Shown here piece by piece: positions 19,723 to 30,069 of a stretch of DNA of 64,000 nucleotides. The translations under genes were made by a program, and so were the position numbers. Numbering within the stretch: the first letter of the stretch is position 1; the number at the start of each line of letters is the position of its first letter. The stretch is from an uncultured Gemmatimonadales bacterium (GTDB taxonomy: Bacteria; Gemmatimonadota; Gemmatimonadetes; Longimicrobiales; RSA9). A model generated the notes under the pieces. The model was given only the letters and a program-made list of their open reading frames with translations. It had not been told where the DNA came from and searched no databases. The stretch is from contig CAVUKA010000006.1 of NCBI GenBank assembly GCA_963741945.1, positions 96,001-160,000 on the forward strand, written 5' to 3'.

Positions 19723-22182
19723 ATGATTCGCGAGCTGCGTCAGAACCTCCGGCTCCTGTGGAAGGAAAAGGCGTTCACCCTCACCGTGCTGGTGACCCTC
19801 GCGGTCTGCGTGGGTGCGAACGCGGCCATCTTCTCCGTAGTCCACCGCGTGCTGCTGGCCCCGCTGCCGTATCCGGCGGCGGACCGGCTGGTGACGATCT
19901 ACAACAGCTACCCGGGGGCGGGCGTGCCGCGGGCCTCCAACGGGTCGTACGACTACTTCGTGCGACGGGAGCGGATCAAGTCGTTCGAGGCGCTGGCGGA
20001 GTACCAGATGGCCGGGGCGACGGTGGGGGAAGCGGGCGCCACGGAGCGCCTCACGATCCTGCGGGCGACGCCATCGTTCTTCTCCCTGTTCGGCGTCAAG
20101 CCGGTGCTCGGCCGCGGGTTCACCGAGTCGGAGATGGAGCCGGGCAGCGAGCAGGTGCTGGTGCTGTCCAACGGGTACTGGCAGGAGCACTTCGCCGGCG
20201 ACCCGGCGGCGGTGGGGCAGGACCTGCGGGTCGACGGGCGGAAGTACCAGGTGGTGGGCGTGCTCCCGCCCGGTTTCCGGCTGCCGCAGGCGGAGCAGCC
20301 GCGCTTCTACGTCCCCATCGCGTATTCGCCGGAAGCGCGGACCATCGAGGCTTGGCACAACAACAACTACGGCATGGCGGGCCGGCTGGCGCCGGGCATG
20401 AGCGTGGAGCGGGCCACGGCGGAGAACGAGGAGCTGAACCACGCGCTGATCTCCGAATGGCCGATCCCCGGCGCCGAGCAGCTGCTGAAGGACGCCGGGT
20501 ACCACACGGAAATATACCCGATGCACGAGGAGCTGGTGCGGGACATCCGCCCCACGCTCTACCTGCTGTGGGCGGGCGTGGCGTTCGTGCTGCTCATCGG
20601 GTGCGTGAACATCGCGAACATCATCCTGGCCCGGTCGCAGGTGCGGCTCCGCGACGTCGCGACGCGGCTGGCGCTGGGGGCGCCCCGTCGTCGCCTGGCC
20701 CGTGAGATGCTGACCCACGCCATGCTGCTGGCGGGGATCGGCGGTGTGCTCGGCATCGGTGTGGGGCTGGCGGGGATCAAGCTGCTGAGCGCCTACGGCG
20801 CGGCGGAGCTGCCTCGCGGCGCGGAGATCGGCATGGACGGCACCGTGCTCCTGTTCACCCTGGGCGTCGCGCTGGTGGCAGGGCTCATTTTCGGCGCCAT
20901 CCCCAGCGCGCAGCTGTTGCGGGGCAACCTCCAGTCGGTGCTGCAAACGGAGAGCAGGGGCGGGACCGCGAACCGTCGCACGCTGTGGATGCGGAACGGG
21001 CTCGTGACGGCGCAGGTCACGCTCGCTTTCCTGCTCCTCATCGGCGCGGGGCTCATGCTCGCGAGCTTCCGCCACGCCGTGGCCGTGGATCCCGGCTTCC
21101 GCCCCGACGGCGTGCTGACGGGGAGCCTTGCGCTGCCCACGTCGCGCTACCCCGAGGGCGACGACCGGGAGCACTTCGTGGACAACCTGCTCGCCGAGAT
21201 CCGGGGCATCCCCGGCGTGCGCAGCGCGGCGCTCACGACGCTCCTGCCCTTCAGCGGGAACAACTCGTCCAGCGTCATCTTCCCGGAGGGCTACAACCCG
21301 CCGCCGGGTGAGTCCGTCCTGTCGCCGTTCCAGAACTGGGTGGCAGGGGATTACTTCGCGGCCATGGCGATCCCCCTGGTGGAGGGGCGAACGTTCGAGG
21401 CCGACGACGGGCGGGGGGACCGCCGCGTCATCGTCATCGACCGCTGGCTGGCCCACCGCTACTACGGCGACGAGAGCCCGCTGGGCAAACGCATGGTCTG
21501 GGGCGACATCCCGAGCCAGGCCAGCCCGGAGGACTACTACACCGTCGTGGGCGTGGTGGAGACCGTGAAGCAGAACGACCTCACCGCCCGCCCCGAGGAG
21601 CACGTGGGGGCGTACTACTTCCCCTACCGCTCCAACCGCCAGACGAACCTGACGCTCGTGGTCCGGACGGATGGGGACCCGGAGTCCCTCACCCCGGCGA
21701 TCCGCGAGAGGGTCCAGAAGCTGGACCCGGAGCTCCCGCTCTATTCGGTGAGCACCATGCAGGCACGCATCGATGAGTCGCTCACCAGCCGGCGAGCGTC
21801 CATGCTCCTGCTCCTCACGTTCGCAGGCGTGGCCCTGTTCCTGGCCGTCCTCGGCATCTACGGCGTGCTGGCCTACGCGGTGGCGCAGCGCACGCGGGAA
21901 ATGGGCATCCGCATGGCCATGGGCAGCACCGCCCGCGAGATCTTCGTGCTCGTGGTCTCCCAGGGCGCCCGCATCACGCTCCTGGGGCTGCTGGTCGGGG
22001 GCGCCGCCGCGGTCGGGCTCGGCCGTCTCATCCGTTCGCTGCTCTATGACGTCCAGCCACTGGACCCGGCGATCCTCGCCTCCGTGGCCGTCATCCTGGC
22101 CGCGGTGGCCGTCGCCGCGTGCATGCTCCCCGCCTGGCAGGCCACCCGCGTGGACCCCGTCCGCGCGCTCGTGGGGGAATAG
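19723..22182 (+). CDS. ADOP-type duplicated ABC transporter permease (MacB/FtsX family)
   Basis: GANAAIFSVV, VLLIGCVNIANI, RLALGA, DPGF, GIYGVLAYAVAQRTREMGIRMAMG, RVDPVRAL. Confidence 0.92.
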   Translation: MIRELRQNLRLLWKEKAFTLTVLVTLAVCVGANAAIFSVVHRVLLAPLPYPAADRLVTIYNSYPGAGVPRASNGSYDYFVRRERIKSFEALAEYQMAGATVGEAGATERLTILRATPSFFSLFGVKPVLGRGFTESEMEPGSEQVLVLSNGYWQEHFAGDPAAVGQDLRVDGRKYQVVGVLPPGFRLPQAEQPRFYVPIAYSPEARTIEAWHNNNYGMAGRLAPGMSVERATAENEELNHALISEWPIPGAEQLLKDAGYHTEIYPMHEELVRDIRPTLYLLWAGVAFVLLIGCVNIANIILARSQVRLRDVATRLALGAPRRRLAREMLTHAMLLAGIGGVLGIGVGLAGIKLLSAYGAAELPRGAEIGMDGTVLLFTLGVALVAGLIFGAIPSAQLLRGNLQSVLQTESRGGTANRRTLWMRNGLVTAQVTLAFLLLIGAGLMLASFRHAVAVDPGFRPDGVLTGSLALPTSRYPEGDDREHFVDNLLAEIRGIPGVRSAALTTLLPFSGNNSSSVIFPEGYNPPPGESVLSPFQNWVAGDYFAAMAIPLVEGRTFEADDGRGDRRVIVIDRWLAHRYYGDESPLGKRMVWGDIPSQASPEDYYTVVGVVETVKQNDLTARPEEHVGAYYFPYRSNRQTNLTLVVRTDGDPESLTPAIRERVQKLDPELPLYSVSTMQARIDESLTSRRASMLLLLTFAGVALFLAVLGIYGVLAYAVAQRTREMGIRMAMGSTAREIFVLVVSQGARITLLGLLVGGAAAVGLGRLIRSLLYDVQPLDPAILASVAVILAAVAVAACMLPAWQATRVDPVRALVGE

Positions 22183-22186
22183 CCGC

Positions 22187-24631
22187 GTGCCGCGGGGCCC
22201 CGTGACCCCGATCCTCTCGTCGTTCCGCGTCGCCGCCCGCACGCTGACGAAGCGGCCCGCCTTCACGGCCGTGGCCGTCGCCTCCATCGCTCTGGGCGTG
22301 GGATTCAACACCGCGATCTTCAGCGCCGCCAACGCGCTGCTCCTCCGCCCGGTCCCGGGCGTCCGGGACCCGGACCGGGTGGTGGAAGTCGGGCGCACGC
22401 GGCGGGGCGAAGGCTTCGACACGTTCGGCTACCCGGAGTTCGTGGCCTTCCGCGACCACGCCCGCACCCTGGACGCCGTGGGCGCCTGGACCACGCGGCC
22501 CCTGAGCTTCGGCGGCCGCGACGGAGGCGAGCGGGTGAGCGGGATGGCCGTGTCGCCCGGCTACTTTCGCGCCCTGAAGGCGAGGGCGGAGCGGGGGCGG
22601 CTGTTCGGGGACGACGAGGGCGCGCGCGCGGCGGCGGCGGTGGCCGTGGTGAGCCACGCGTTCTGGCGCGACAGACTGGGGGGCGACCCGGCGGCGATCG
22701 GCTCGACCATCGAGATCAACCGGCAGCGGGTCACGGTGGTGGGCGTGACGGAGCCGGGGTTCAGCGGCCACCTTCCCATGCTCCGCACCGACGTCTGGCT
22801 CCCCATCACCCGGTCGGACTTGGCCAATCCCAACTTCGACAACGGCATCTTCGATCGCCGGGGCTCCTCGTGGCTCATGGTTCTGGCCCGGCTGGCGTCC
22901 GGGGCCACCGTGTCGCGGGCGGACGCCGAAGTCGGCAGCATCATGGCCGGCCTTGCCGAAGCGTTCCCCGAGAGCAACGGAGACCGGGGCGGTCACGTGA
23001 TCGCCCTCGGCCCCATCCCCGGCGCCGGACGGCCCATGATCCGGGCGTTCCTGGGCGTCCTCCTCGCCCTCGTCTCCCTCATCCTCCTCACTGCCGCCGC
23101 CAACGTGGCGGGCATGCTCCTCGCCAGCACCGCCGCCAGGGAGAAGGAGATCGCCGTGCGGCTGGCCCTCGGCGCCGGACGCCGCAGGATCGTGGCACAG
23201 CTGCTCGCCGAGTCCCTGCTCCTCTTCGCCGCCGGGGGCGTCGCCGGCTTCGCCCTGGCGTGGTGGGGAACGTCGCTGCTCACGCGCCTTCCCCTCCCTT
23301 CGCCGCAGCCGATCCTCCTCGACCTGCGCCCCGACGGCGGCGTGCTGGCCTACGCGCTGGCCGTGGCGCTTGCGACGGGGCTCCTCTTCGGCCTCCTGCC
23401 CGCGCTCCAGTCCACCCGCCCCGACCTCGTCGCCGCGCTCCGGGACGGCGGCGGCGCCGGGCTGCGGCGCTCGGCCCTGCGACGCGGTTTCGCCGCCGCG
23501 CAGGTGGGCGTGTGCCTCGTCCTGCTGGCCGCGGCCGGCCTCTTCCTCCGCTCCCTCCAGCACGCCGGGCGCGTGGACGCCCACTTCCGCCCCGACGGCG
23601 TCGAAGTGGCTTCGCTGGACCTGGCGCTGGACGGCTACAACGAGGAGACGGGCCCCGTGTTCCAGCGCGCGCTGCTGCGCCAGCTCCGCTCCACGCCCGG
23701 TGTGGACGGGGCAGCGCTGGCCATTGACCTGCCCATGGACCTCTCGGCCAACGGCTCGCCCGTGTGGCCGGAAGGGTGGCAGGATCCGGACGGGCGGGGG
23801 CTCGGCGCCGACTTCAACGTGGTGTCGCCTGGCTATTTCGAGACGCTCCGGATCCCGGTGCTCCGCGGCCGGGCGTTCTCGGACGCTGACCGCGAGGGCG
23901 CGCCGCCGGCCGTGGTGGTGAACGCGGCGCTGGCCCGGGCGGTCTGGGGCGATGACGACCCCGTGGGCAGGCGCCTCCGCTTCGGCGGCCCCGAGGCCGA
24001 GCTCCGCACCGTCGTGGGCGTGGTGCCCGACGTGAAGAACCAGACTCTCGGCGAGACAGTGTCCCCCATCGCGTATCTCCCCCTCGCCCAGTACTACCGC
24101 TCCGAGGTCTATGTCCTCCTCCACGGGCGGAGGACCGATGCGGCGGCGCTCCGGCGCGCCGTCCTGGCGGCGGACCCGAAGCTCTCGCTGGGGCAGGTCC
24201 AGCCGCTGGAGGCGGTCTCCGGCGTCGGGCTCCTCCCCCAGCGCCTGGCCGCCACCCTGGCCACAGCCCTCGGCGCCCTCGCCCTCTTCCTCGCCATCCT
24301 CGGCGTGTACGGCGTCGTTTCCTTCTCCGTCGCACGGCGCCGCCGCGAACTGGGGATCCGGAGCGCGGTGGGGGCATCTGCCGCGGAGCTGGTCCGCCTC
24401 GTGGTTTCCAGCGGGCTCCGCGCCGCCGCCCCCGGACTCGCCGTCGGCCTCCTCGCCGCGCTGGCAGTGGGCCGGCTCGCCCGGGGCTTCCTGTTCGGCA
24501 TCTCGCCCCTGGACCCCGTGACCTATCTGGCCGTGGCCGCCGTCCTCATGCTGGCCGTGCTGGTGGCCAGCTGGATCCCGGCTCGACGGGCGGCGAGGCT
24601 GGACCCGGTGGAGTCGCTGCGGAGCGAGTGA
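22187..24631 (+). CDS. ADOP-type duplicated ABC transporter permease (start 22187 or 22202)
   Basis: ALGVGFNTAIFS, REKEIAVRLALGA, GVYGVVSFSVARRRRELGIR, PARRAARLDPVESLRSE. Confidence 0.9.
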   Translation: MPRGPVTPILSSFRVAARTLTKRPAFTAVAVASIALGVGFNTAIFSAANALLLRPVPGVRDPDRVVEVGRTRRGEGFDTFGYPEFVAFRDHARTLDAVGAWTTRPLSFGGRDGGERVSGMAVSPGYFRALKARAERGRLFGDDEGARAAAAVAVVSHAFWRDRLGGDPAAIGSTIEINRQRVTVVGVTEPGFSGHLPMLRTDVWLPITRSDLANPNFDNGIFDRRGSSWLMVLARLASGATVSRADAEVGSIMAGLAEAFPESNGDRGGHVIALGPIPGAGRPMIRAFLGVLLALVSLILLTAAANVAGMLLASTAAREKEIAVRLALGAGRRRIVAQLLAESLLLFAAGGVAGFALAWWGTSLLTRLPLPSPQPILLDLRPDGGVLAYALAVALATGLLFGLLPALQSTRPDLVAALRDGGGAGLRRSALRRGFAAAQVGVCLVLLAAAGLFLRSLQHAGRVDAHFRPDGVEVASLDLALDGYNEETGPVFQRALLRQLRSTPGVDGAALAIDLPMDLSANGSPVWPEGWQDPDGRGLGADFNVVSPGYFETLRIPVLRGRAFSDADREGAPPAVVVNAALARAVWGDDDPVGRRLRFGGPEAELRTVVGVVPDVKNQTLGETVSPIAYLPLAQYYRSEVYVLLHGRRTDAAALRRAVLAADPKLSLGQVQPLEAVSGVGLLPQRLAATLATALGALALFLAILGVYGVVSFSVARRRRELGIRSAVGASAAELVRLVVSSGLRAAAPGLAVGLLAALAVGRLARGFLFGISPLDPVTYLAVAAVLMLAVLVASWIPARRAARLDPVESLRSE

Positions 24632-24776
24632 GCCGGAGGGGGCCACGCGCGTCTGTATCATCGATGTAACGCGTCTGTAGCAGCCGCTTCCCGCCAGACA
24701 CTGCCGCTTCTTGCGACGCGCCCGCCATGCCATCGTTCAAGAGCAGCAGCCGGTCTCCCTCTCCAGGATGGAAGCC

Positions 24777-25067
24777 ATGCGGTACGAAGGCTACCTCTAC
24801 CATGATGACGGGTGCATCGTGTACGCCGCCGAAGGCCGGCAGCGGGACGTTTCCGTGCTGCGCCGGCGCGCGGACGGGAGCTGGCACTGCGGCGCCTGCG
24901 ACACCACCGGCTGCCGCCACGCGGACGCGGCCGCCGCGGTGGCCGCGGACGCCCTGGCTCAGAACGGCGCGGGCAGCGACCAGGCCACGGTCATTCCCCC
25001 GCGGGGGGACGGGAGCACCGTGGTGGACAGGAGTATGCGGTCCACCCGGTTGTCCGGGTGGGAATAG
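24777..25067 (+). CDS. Possible small zinc-binding protein (SWIM-like)
   Basis: WHCGACDTTGCRH motif; fills an otherwise empty gap, but the 3' end overlaps the PAP2 gene on the opposite strand by ~110 nt. Confidence 0.35.
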   Translation: MRYEGYLYHDDGCIVYAAEGRQRDVSVLRRRADGSWHCGACDTTGCRHADAAAAVAADALAQNGAGSDQATVIPPRGDGSTVVDRSMRSTRLSGWE

Positions 25068-25816
25068 GCGTACCAGACCACCTTGTTGCCGCTGAAGGTC
25101 CCGATGGCGGCGCCCACCACCACGTCGCTCGCCCAGTGCTTGTCGTGGTACATGCGTGAGATCCCGACCAGCGTGGCGCCCCCGTACATCACCCCGCCCA
25201 CCACCAGCTTCCAGCCCGGCCACGCATCTTCCCGGTCCAGCCAGACGGCCGTTTCCGCGGTGACCGCGGACGCAACGGAGAACGCCGTGGTGGTGTGTCC
25301 CGAGGGGAAGGACGAGTAGTCCGTCCCCTTGAAACCGCGGAACAGCTTGAACGAATAGGCGGCGCTGTCCGCCGAGACGTACGGGCGTGCCCGGCCGGCG
25401 AGCATCTTGATGCTCGTCGTGAATACGGTCGCCAGCAGGAACGACTCGGTCCCGTGGAGCCCCAGCGCGGACAGGTACGGCCAGCCGCCGAGGCGCCCTG
25501 CCAGGTACAGCGACGGCCCGATGATTTCCGGCGCCGGCTGCCCCATGAAGCGGAAGAAGGAGGCGGCATCGTGGGCGACGGTGTTGTCCTGGAACACCGG
25601 CTCGCGGATCTCCTGCGCCAGCCGCTGATCCACGGGCAACATGGCTACGGTGCCGAGGGCGAACCCAGCGGCGAGCCAGGCATCGGTACGGGTAAGGAAG
25701 GGCTTCGAGGCGTCCTGCGCGCTGTCCGAGGAGGTCGCAGGGGCCTGCGCCCCCGCCCCGCCCGCGGTGCTCGCCACCAGGACGATGGCTGCGAGAATCC
25801 GTCGCATGGCTGTCAT
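24959..25816 (-). CDS. PAP2 family phosphatase
   Basis: KMLAGRARP, SFPSGH, SRMYHDKHWASDV motifs; signal peptide. Confidence 0.9.
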   Translation of the reverse strand: MTAMRRILAAIVLVASTAGGAGAQAPATSSDSAQDASKPFLTRTDAWLAAGFALGTVAMLPVDQRLAQEIREPVFQDNTVAHDAASFFRFMGQPAPEIIGPSLYLAGRLGGWPYLSALGLHGTESFLLATVFTTSIKMLAGRARPYVSADSAAYSFKLFRGFKGTDYSSFPSGHTTTAFSVASAVTAETAVWLDREDAWPGWKLVVGGVMYGGATLVGISRMYHDKHWASDVVVGAAIGTFSGNKVVWYAYSHPDNRVDRILLSTTVLPSPRGGMTVAWSLPAPF

Positions 25817-25905
25817 CCGGCTGCCACGGCCCGGCCGCGGCGCTGTTCGCGATATCGTGTAGGCCACGAGTGTCGGCCACGACCGCCTTGCAACGCCCGC
25901 GCCAC

Positions 25906-26892
25906 TTACGGCATACGCCCCTGCGCTCCGCCGCCCACGGAAAGGGCGATGCCCAGTGCGACCCCGCCCGAGCCGGCGGGGCCGATGCGGGGGACGACGG
26001 CCGGCTCGCCCCCGCCGTCCGCCACCACCATGCTGCGCCCGATCAGCGTGCCGATGGCCGCACCCACCACCACGTCCGACACGAAATGGGCGTCGTGGTA
26101 GACCCGGGCCACGCCCACGCTCCCGGCCAGTCCGTAGGCCAGCAGGTCCACCCAGAGCGAGCCCGATTCCGCCGCGATCACGGACGCCACGGCGAACGCC
26201 TGGGTCGTGTGGCCGGACGGGAACGACTTGTCCCCGGAGAAGGGCGCGAACGCGTACGGCCCTTCCTCCTGCCTCGGCCTCGCCCGCCCCACGGCCGCTT
26301 TGAGCAGCGGCGTCACCACGCCCCCGGCCACCAGGCTCGCCGCCACCGCCTCCACCGCCGTCCGGCGCAGCCCGGGCCGCCCCAGGACCACCCCCCCACC
26401 GTACAATCCCGCGACCACGGCGAACGACCCCAGCTCCCCGAGCGGCTCCACCGCACCAAGATACGCATCGGCCTCCCGGCTCCGCCGCGCATCCTCGTAC
26501 CGCTCCACCCGGCCATCCGTGGTCCGGACCAGCACCGCAGCCGCCATCCCCGCCGCCGGCACCCACAGCCAGTCCGCTCCCGTCCACCGCGCCGGCGCGG
26601 TGAGCCCGTGCACCACCCGTCCCGCACCGTAGCGCGCGTCCGACAGCAGGAAAGACCCGCCGGCAGGAGACGCTCCGAGCCGCGACGCCGCGTTCACCGC
26701 CACCATCGCCGGCGTCACCGCCTGAGCGTGCGCCGCCGCGGGCGCCGCACGGCCCTCCGCCGGGACCGGCCTGGCCCCCGCCTGCGCCGCCAGCGGACCG
26801 GCGGGAAGCACCAGCGCGGCCGCAACGATCGCGAGCGCCGGTCCCCGGCGGCGCCGCCCTGCCATGGGAACGGGAGCGGAACGGGTGAACAT
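25906..26892 (-). CDS. PAP2 family phosphatase (second paralog; start 26892 or 26865)
   Basis: KAAVGRARP, SFPSGH, ARVYHDAHFVSDV motifs. Confidence 0.88.
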   Translation of the reverse strand: MFTRSAPVPMAGRRRRGPALAIVAAALVLPAGPLAAQAGARPVPAEGRAAPAAAHAQAVTPAMVAVNAASRLGASPAGGSFLLSDARYGAGRVVHGLTAPARWTGADWLWVPAAGMAAAVLVRTTDGRVERYEDARRSREADAYLGAVEPLGELGSFAVVAGLYGGGVVLGRPGLRRTAVEAVAASLVAGGVVTPLLKAAVGRARPRQEEGPYAFAPFSGDKSFPSGHTTQAFAVASVIAAESGSLWVDLLAYGLAGSVGVARVYHDAHFVSDVVVGAAIGTLIGRSMVVADGGGEPAVVPRIGPAGSGGVALGIALSVGGGAQGRMP

Positions 26893-26983
26893 GGCTTGCA
26901 ATCTCCCCCCATCTGGCGAGTTGGCAACCCTCCGCCCCTTCCGGTGGGCAACACGCCCCTTGCCCATGGAGGTGGCGTCGGCT

Positions 26984-27005
26984 AATCGTGTATCTTGTCA
27001 CGAAA
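26984..27005. promoter_or_regulatory. Predicted Rex operator
   Basis: AATCGTG-tatcttgt-CACGAAA, directly upstream of the SD of the PSE transporter. Confidence 0.65.
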
Positions 27006-27020
27006 AGGAGGGTGCCGACG

Positions 27021-28355
27021 ATGGAAATCGCTTCCCGGCCGCCGGACCAGCTGCCCGTCGCGACGGGCGAGCGGTGGTTCACGAGCGAAGACTGGTGGTC
27101 CGTGATCCTCGGGTTGTTCCTGCTGGCCGCCTGCTGGGCGGCCTTTGCGTTGGGGCGGCCGCTGGCGGTGCTGTCCAGGGCGGCGCCGACGCGCTGGCCG
27201 GCGAGCCCGCTGGGCGAGCATTTCGCCCGGAGCTGGCCGGCGTACGTGGCGATGTTCGGCATGCTGGCGGCGCTCACGACGGCGGCGGTGTACGTGATGA
27301 CGGGGAAGGTGCGGAACTACCTGCTCGGGTTCACGGTCCTGTTCGCGGCGTCCACGCTGATCATGATCCTGGGCGCGCAGGAGCAGCTGAAAGCGTGGGG
27401 GCTGGAGACTGCGTTCTGGGCGCTGGTGCTGGGGCTGGCCGTGGGGAACGCCATCCACCTTCCCGTATGGTTCCAGGCGGCGGCGGGGCGAACGGAGTTC
27501 TTCATCAAGACCGGAATCATCCTGCTGGGCGCGCAGCTCTCGTTCAACGTGATCATCTCCGGTGGCGTGTGGGGCTTCCTCGAAGCGCTGCTGATCGTCT
27601 CGGCCGGATTCACCACGGCCTTCTTCATCGCCAAGCGCCTGGGCTACGACAACCGGTTCGCCGCCGTGCTCGGCGCCGGTGGGTCGGTGTGCGGCGTGTC
27701 GGCCGCCATCGCCGTGGGCGGCTCGGTGAAAGCGAACGAGAAGCAGGTGGGCTACGTGATCTCCCTCGTGGTGCTCTACGCCCTCGTGCTGATCTTCCTC
27801 CTGCCGGCCATCTCCCGCGCCATCGGCCTGAGCGAGGTCGTGGCCGGCGCCTGGATCGGCGGCTCCGAGCTCGCCGACGCGGCCGGCCTCGCCTCCGCTG
27901 CCATGATCAGCGAAAAGGCCGTGCAGGCATTCACTCTCGTCAAGCTGAACCGCGATGTCATGATCGGCTTCCTCTGTTTCCTCTTCGCCTACCTGGCCGT
28001 CACCCGGTGGGACGTGAAGGAATCCGGCGCGAAGCCGAGCCCCCGGGTGATCTGGGACCGCTTCCCCAAGTTCGTCCTGGCGTTCCTCGTGACCTCCATC
28101 GTGATCACTGCCCTCGATACCCGCATCGGGCCCGATGTCGCCGCCTACATCGTGGCGCCGCTGCGCACTGTGCGCGGCTGGCTGTTCACCATCGCTTTCC
28201 TCTGCATCGGACTCAACACACGCATCGAGGACGTCCGTGCCATGGGGGCGAAGCCGATCATGGCCTTCACCGCCGTGGTCCTCGTCAACGTCAGCGTCGG
28301 CTTCATCCTCGCCAACCTCTTCTTCGGCGGCATCATCGCAGCGCCGCTGAAGTAG
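27021..28355 (+). CDS. Putative sulfate exporter (PSE/YeiH family) transporter
   Basis: EDWWSV, EFFIKTGIILLGA, GGSVCGVSAAIA, GAWIGGS, WDRFPKFV, GWLFTIAFLCIGL; AGGAGG SD. Confidence 0.85.
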   Translation: MEIASRPPDQLPVATGERWFTSEDWWSVILGLFLLAACWAAFALGRPLAVLSRAAPTRWPASPLGEHFARSWPAYVAMFGMLAALTTAAVYVMTGKVRNYLLGFTVLFAASTLIMILGAQEQLKAWGLETAFWALVLGLAVGNAIHLPVWFQAAAGRTEFFIKTGIILLGAQLSFNVIISGGVWGFLEALLIVSAGFTTAFFIAKRLGYDNRFAAVLGAGGSVCGVSAAIAVGGSVKANEKQVGYVISLVVLYALVLIFLLPAISRAIGLSEVVAGAWIGGSELADAAGLASAAMISEKAVQAFTLVKLNRDVMIGFLCFLFAYLAVTRWDVKESGAKPSPRVIWDRFPKFVLAFLVTSIVITALDTRIGPDVAAYIVAPLRTVRGWLFTIAFLCIGLNTRIEDVRAMGAKPIMAFTAVVLVNVSVGFILANLFFGGIIAAPLK

Positions 28356-28430
28356 CGCGGTCGAGCTCGGAAGGCCGCGCGGTCACTGCCGGATCGTGAA
28401 CGGGGGTTGACGAGCAGCGGGCGCAGCAGT

Positions 28431-28452
28431 AATCGTGACAACTGGCACGATT
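28431..28452. promoter_or_regulatory. Predicted Rex operator (perfect 7-bp arms)
   Basis: AATCGTG-acaactgg-CACGATT, downstream of a TTGACG -35-like hexamer at 28407. Confidence 0.7.
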
Positions 28453-28601
28453 GCCGACGGTCGCCCCTGCCGCCGGCTGAACACGGAAGGTGGTCCTTGG
28501 CGTCGACGCAGGCGGTTCCGGGGGACGGGATCGAGATCGGTAGGCCGGCGTCCGTGGAGGAGGCGGAGCCGGCGGATCGCGGTCGGGCGGAGCGTGCGCT
28601 G

Positions 28602-30047
28602 ATGGAGCGACCGGAGCTGAGCATCCGGACGCGGATCACGGGCGTGTTCGCGCTGCTGTTCGTGCTGTGCACGACGATCACGGTGGCGGCGGTGATGTTC
28701 CTGTCGGCCTTCCAGGCCAAGATCCAGTTCCTGGAGAACGCGAGCAGCTACTCGTTCGAGATCGAGGAGGCGCGGCGCAACGAGAAGAATTTCTTCCTGT
28801 ACGGGACGGGTCTGCCGGAGGCGCTGGCGAGCGCGACATTGGCGCGGACGCACCTGGAGCGGAACGCGGGGCAGATCCGGTCGGTGGTGGGGAGCTCGAA
28901 GTACGGGGAGATGGAGCGGAGCCTGACGCGCTACCAGGAGCTGCTGCGGGAGCTGGTGGACGCGGAATCCGGGGGGTCGGCGGACGGCGCGGGGGCGACA
29001 GCGGGCTCGCAGCGGCGGATCGAGGTGAGTCTGCGGACAGAGGGCGCGCAGCTGCTGAGCGATGCCGAGGAGATGATCGCCGGGGAACGGGCGGCGGTGT
29101 CGTCGATGCTGCGCACGTCCATGCTGGCGGCGTTCGGCTTCCTGGGTCTCATGCTGCTCCTGATGGTGCTGTTCGGCGGGTTTGTGGTGCGGACGGTGGT
29201 GTACCCGCTGGACCGGTTCATGGAGTACATCGGGCGGATCGGCGCGGGGAACTACGAGCCGATCCAGCCGGTGCGTCGGTTCCGGGACGAGTTCTCGTCG
29301 CTGGCGCTGGCGTTCAACCGGATGCTGGGGGAGATCGTGACGCACCAGGAGCAGCTGGTGCAGTCCGGGAAGATGGCGGCGGTGGGGACGCTCACCTCGG
29401 GGATCGCCCACGAGCTGAACAACCCGCTGAACAACATCGGCCTGACCGTGGAAGCGCTGCTGGACGATCTGGACGCATACTCGGAAGACGAGAAGCGCCG
29501 GATGCTGGAGCAGGCGTACACGCAGGTGGAACGGGCCAGCACGACGGTGCGAAACCTCCTGGACTTCACGCGCAAGGACCGCTCGGCGTTCACCACGGTG
29601 TCCATGGCCGGGGTGGTGGACTCGGCGCTCCGGCTGGTGGCGAACGAGGCCATGCTCGCGGGAGTGGAGTGCGAGCGCAGCGTGCCCGCGGATCTCCCGC
29701 CCGTGCGGGGCAACCCCCACGACCTGGAGCAGGTCTTCCTCAATCTCTGCCTGAACGCGATCCAGGCCATGCCGGAAGGCGGGCGGGTGCGGATCACGGG
29801 GGCAAGGGAGGGGGAGGACGGAGTGCGGGTGGACGTGGCAGATACGGGGTCGGGGATCGCGCCGGAGCACCTGGAGGAGATCTTCGATCCGTTCTTCACG
29901 ACGAAGGAGATGGGCGAGGGCACGGGGCTGGGGCTCTCGGTGAGCCACAGCATCATCGAGCAGCACCGGGGGCGGATCACCGTCATGAGCGAGCGTGGAG
30001 CGGGGACGACGTTCTCCATCCACCTGCGCGCGGCGGAAGGGGCGTGA
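28602..30047 (+). CDS. Membrane sensor histidine kinase (2 TM, HAMP, HisKA, HATPase)
   Basis: GIAHELNNPL H-box, NLCLNAIQAM, DTGSGI, IFDPFFTTK, GTGLGL. Confidence 0.92.
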   Translation: MERPELSIRTRITGVFALLFVLCTTITVAAVMFLSAFQAKIQFLENASSYSFEIEEARRNEKNFFLYGTGLPEALASATLARTHLERNAGQIRSVVGSSKYGEMERSLTRYQELLRELVDAESGGSADGAGATAGSQRRIEVSLRTEGAQLLSDAEEMIAGERAAVSSMLRTSMLAAFGFLGLMLLLMVLFGGFVVRTVVYPLDRFMEYIGRIGAGNYEPIQPVRRFRDEFSSLALAFNRMLGEIVTHQEQLVQSGKMAAVGTLTSGIAHELNNPLNNIGLTVEALLDDLDAYSEDEKRRMLEQAYTQVERASTTVRNLLDFTRKDRSAFTTVSMAGVVDSALRLVANEAMLAGVECERSVPADLPPVRGNPHDLEQVFLNLCLNAIQAMPEGGRVRITGAREGEDGVRVDVADTGSGIAPEHLEEIFDPFFTTKEMGEGTGLGLSVSHSIIEQHRGRITVMSERGAGTTFSIHLRAAEGA

Positions 30048-30069
30048 CCCCGGACGGGAGTGAAGCGAT

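Noticed and set aside
25856-25870. TCGTG-taggc-CACGA palindrome upstream of a PAP2 gene
   Set aside because: Spacer is 5 nt rather than the 8 nt shared by the Rex-type sites, so it is not counted in the regulon
24959-27277. 772 aa ORF as a single large PAP2 fusion
   Set aside because: Only the last ~285 codons are PAP2-like; the upstream part is an off-frame shadow of the second PAP2 gene and the transporter
28443-28454. TGGCACGATTGC looks like a sigma-54 promoter
   Set aside because: GG-to-GC spacing is 3 nt too short; the sequence is better explained as the right arm of the Rex-type palindrome
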